A DNA stretch of 63,612 nucleotides, counting the filler, from Licmophora abbreviata (Eukaryota): assembly GCA_900291995.1 (NCBI GenBank). It is 22 parts of 22 records of this genome, joined end to end, with 100 filler letters (N's around TTAATTAATTAA, not from the genome) between each part and the next. Parts side by side here need not be neighbours in the genome. Positions count along the whole stretch, not along the records: positions 59,685 to 62,291 come from OLMU01005069.1; positions 62,392 to 63,612 come from OLMU01005083.1; 20 more parts are not named here. One strand, given 5' to 3'. The notes below the pieces were generated by a model. It saw only the letters and a program-made list of their open reading frames with translations. It was not told where the DNA came from and did not search any database. Below are positions 60,829-63,612 of the stretch, one piece after another. The first letter of the stretch is position 1. Each line of letters opens with the position of its first letter. The position numbers and the translations under genes are program-made.

Positions 60829-61856
60829 TCTGTCGCTCCCAGAAGGACATCCAGCGCCTTTTGCCGGTCCAGCCCTCCGATGATCGTGCCATCCGGTCCG
60901 GCCACCGGCAGGATCAGACGGTCATCATTGACCAACAGCCGCGCCAGCTGGGATATCGTCTTGCCGCCATCCACGGCCGCGCCGGTCAGGTCATGGCCAT
61001 TTACGGGTTGCATCATCGCGCTGGCATGAACCACGCGGGCTTTCTCGATATCCTCGATGAACTTCGCGACATACTCTGTCGCAGGTTCCATCACGATACG
61101 GTCGGGCCGGTCGCATTGTTCGACAGCACCGTCCTTCATAATCGCGATCCGGTCGGCAAGGCGCAGCGCCTCGTCGAAATCATGGGTGATGAAAACGATG
61201 GTCTTGCCCAACAGCCCCTGCAGGCGCAGGAATTCGTCCTGCATCTCGCGGCGGATCAGGGGATCGAGCGCCGAGAATGGCTCGTCCAGAAACCAGATAT
61301 CCGGTTCGATCGCCAGACTGCGGGCGATTCCGACGCGCTGTTGTTGGCCACCGGACAATTCGCGCGGGAAATAATCCTCGCGGCCACCCAACCCCACCAG
61401 CTCGATCACCTCGAGGGCGCGGGCACGGCGGGTGTGGATATCCTGCCCTCGCATCTCAAGCGGAAAGGCGACGTTCTCGAGCACCGTGCGGTGCGGCAGA
61501 AGACCGAAGCTCTGGAAGACCATACCCATCTTGTTACGGCGCAGGTCGATCAGCTCTTTCTCGGACAGATCGCCGATCACCTGCCCCTCGACCCGGACCT
61601 CGCCCCCGGTGATCTCGATCAGGCGCGACAGGCAGCGCACAAGCGTCGACTTGCCCGATCCGGAAAGGCCCATGATGACCAGCATTTCGCCCTTGGAAAT
61701 GTCCAGTGACACATCCCTCACGGCGGGCACATATCCATCGGCGCGGATTTGGTCGAAACTGGCGGCTGGATCGAGACCCGCAAGATAGGCGCCTGGCCGC
61801 GGCCCGAACAGTTTCCAGACATTACGACAGGACATCACCATATCGGTGTCGGTCAT
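60825..61856 (-). CDS. tmoW: Quaternary-amine ABC ATP-binding protein (TmoW/ProV-like)
   Basis: GLSGSGKST, LSGGQQQRV, DEPFSALDPLIR. Confidence 0.75.
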   Translation of the reverse strand: MTDTDMVMSCRNVWKLFGPRPGAYLAGLDPAASFDQIRADGYVPAVRDVSLDISKGEMLVIMGLSGSGKSTLVRCLSRLIEITGGEVRVEGQVIGDLSEKELIDLRRNKMGMVFQSFGLLPHRTVLENVAFPLEMRGQDIHTRRARALEVIELVGLGGREDYFPRELSGGQQQRVGIARSLAIEPDIWFLDEPFSALDPLIRREMQDEFLRLQGLLGKTIVFITHDFDEALRLADRIAIMKDGAVEQCDRPDRIVMEPATEYVAKFIEDIEKARVVHASAMMQPVNGHDLTGAAVDGGKTISQLARLLVNDDRLILPVAGPDGTIIGGLDRQKALDVLLGATE

Positions 61857-61881
61857 CTAAGGGTCTCCTTGCGCAGATCAT

Positions 61882-61909
61882 GTCGCCCCGCCAGGCATGG
61901 CGGGGCGAC
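61882..61909. other. Intercistronic stem-loop after the SBP gene
   Basis: 12-bp perfect stem GTCGCCCCGCCA-GGCA-TGGCGGGGCGAC. Confidence 0.7.
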
Positions 61910-61934
61910 CAGTCAGGATTTGAAAGACAGGGAC

Positions 61935-62291
<357 letters not shown>

Positions 62292-62391
62292 NNNNNNNNN
62301 NNNNNNNNNNNNNNNNNNNNNNNNNNNNNNNNNNNTTAATTAATTAANNNNNNNNNNNNNNNNNNNNNNNNNNNNNNNNNNNNNNNNNNNN

Positions 62392-63589
62392 TCACTCTTC
62401 CATCGGATGTATAGCTGCTGGGTCGTTCGTTCATGGTTGGAAACCGACCGTCGCCGTACTGAGGCATCTGCTGCCTCTGATGGAGCGACGCATTCCCATT
62501 TAGATCGCCTACTAACGTGTCCGCTTCAGATATCTCATGGTTCGAACCAAGCTGTTCCAGACCAGCATCCGACGGACAGGCAAAAGTTGCGTGGTCGTTC
62601 AGATTGTGCGCTGATGCCTTTTCGTCCACAACAAATCCTGCTGCGGCAGTCACCATGACTACTTCGGGAGCAGAGCGGGTCTGTCTCGATCTCGACCTGT
62701 TTTGCTGTCTTCCTGGTTGCCTTTTCCGGGCTTCCTTTGGATCGGAAGACTTATTCTTCCTTCCGAAGAATTTCGCTCCAAAGGACCTGGACGGTTTCTT
62801 TATTTCTTTTCTTGTCGAGTTCCGCCATGGTGCCTTTGTGTTGTCCGTAGGCAGTGGTGTCTTTCTTTGGTTCGGCGGACTGTTCGTATTCTTCTTCTGC
62901 TGCTGCTGCTGCTGGTGGTGGTACGAAGACACCGGCGTTTCGTTATTTGTATCCCGTTTCTGGCGGAATCTAGCCGTCTCAGACTCGGAATATTCTGCAT
63001 CCATGAGAGACGGCAGTCGTCGAGCGCCAGGATCATCCCGGATATCCTGCTCTTTGGAATCATCATCATCTTCTTCCTCCTCCTCCTCCTCCCCTTCTTC
63101 TTCATCTTCCTCCATGAACTCTTGGTCATAATCATCATCATAATCGCCATAGTCATCGTCATTCTCACACCAGTCACGAGATTCGTAAGAGAAATTCCTT
63201 TCCAGAGGTTCTTCCTCATCCCTCCACTGAGGTCGTACGGAGCTCTCATCGTCTCCCCAGCTCATAGATGCTCGCTGTCCACCTTGCAGTATATATTTGT
63301 TATAACCGACATCTCTGGACGGCGTGTAGCGCATGCGATACATATCCGAGTCATCTGCAGAGTCCTCCGAGTGGTAGTCCTTGGCTGTGGGAACACGGAC
63401 CAAGTCATGGGGCTGGAGTTTGCTCCCGCCGGAACGCTGTAGCAGCTGTCCCACGAAACCTCCTCGTTGTGGCTTGGGCCGCGGTGCCAAATCCCAACTG
63501 TCCGCAGCACCTAACGATGACGACTGGATGTTCCTCGCAGTTGAAGAGTTGGGTCCTCCCATTCGTCGATTCCTGGATCGTGACCTCAT
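62392..63589 (-). CDS. Low-complexity disordered protein of eukaryotic type (probable contaminant), partial
   Basis: Much lower GC; poly-E/D and poly-Q tracts; RS/K-rich; no bacterial codon bias. Confidence 0.6.
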
Positions 63590-63612
63590 GGATATTCCTA
63601 TGATACTACTAC

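Overview
Mostly high-GC housekeeping DNA of a Rhodobacteraceae/Roseobacter-group alphaproteobacterium. It is a draft assembly: 22 segments joined by 21 artificial 100-nt linkers (N-run, TTAATTAATTAA, N-run) that split many genes. Content in order: groESL with a perfect CIRCE, ppaC, prs, atpHAGDC, gloB, clpA, a MotA/ExbB-like plus MotB-like coiled-coil gene pair, tyrA/hisC, rpsD, a Hint (BIL) protein, hisD, murA, tRNA-Thr(GGT), mreBCD-mrdA, panBC, rpe, an acyl-CoA ligase/thioesterase/ABC cluster, a TPP-riboswitch thiDOSGE operon and a TmoXWV-like (TMAO) ABC transporter. The last segment (62392-63612) looks eukaryotic and is probably contamination. The most notable unannotated signals are: (1) four copies of a 117-118-bp MITE/RIME-like element, one nested at a TA site inside a second REP-like repeat family; (2) a structured rpsD leader that masks the SD; (3) an FNR-box cytochrome c gene inside the murA-hisD run; (4) an 11-bp phased repeat. 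No CRISPR, prophage or intact transposase was seen. All product calls rest on motif recognition, not database searches.
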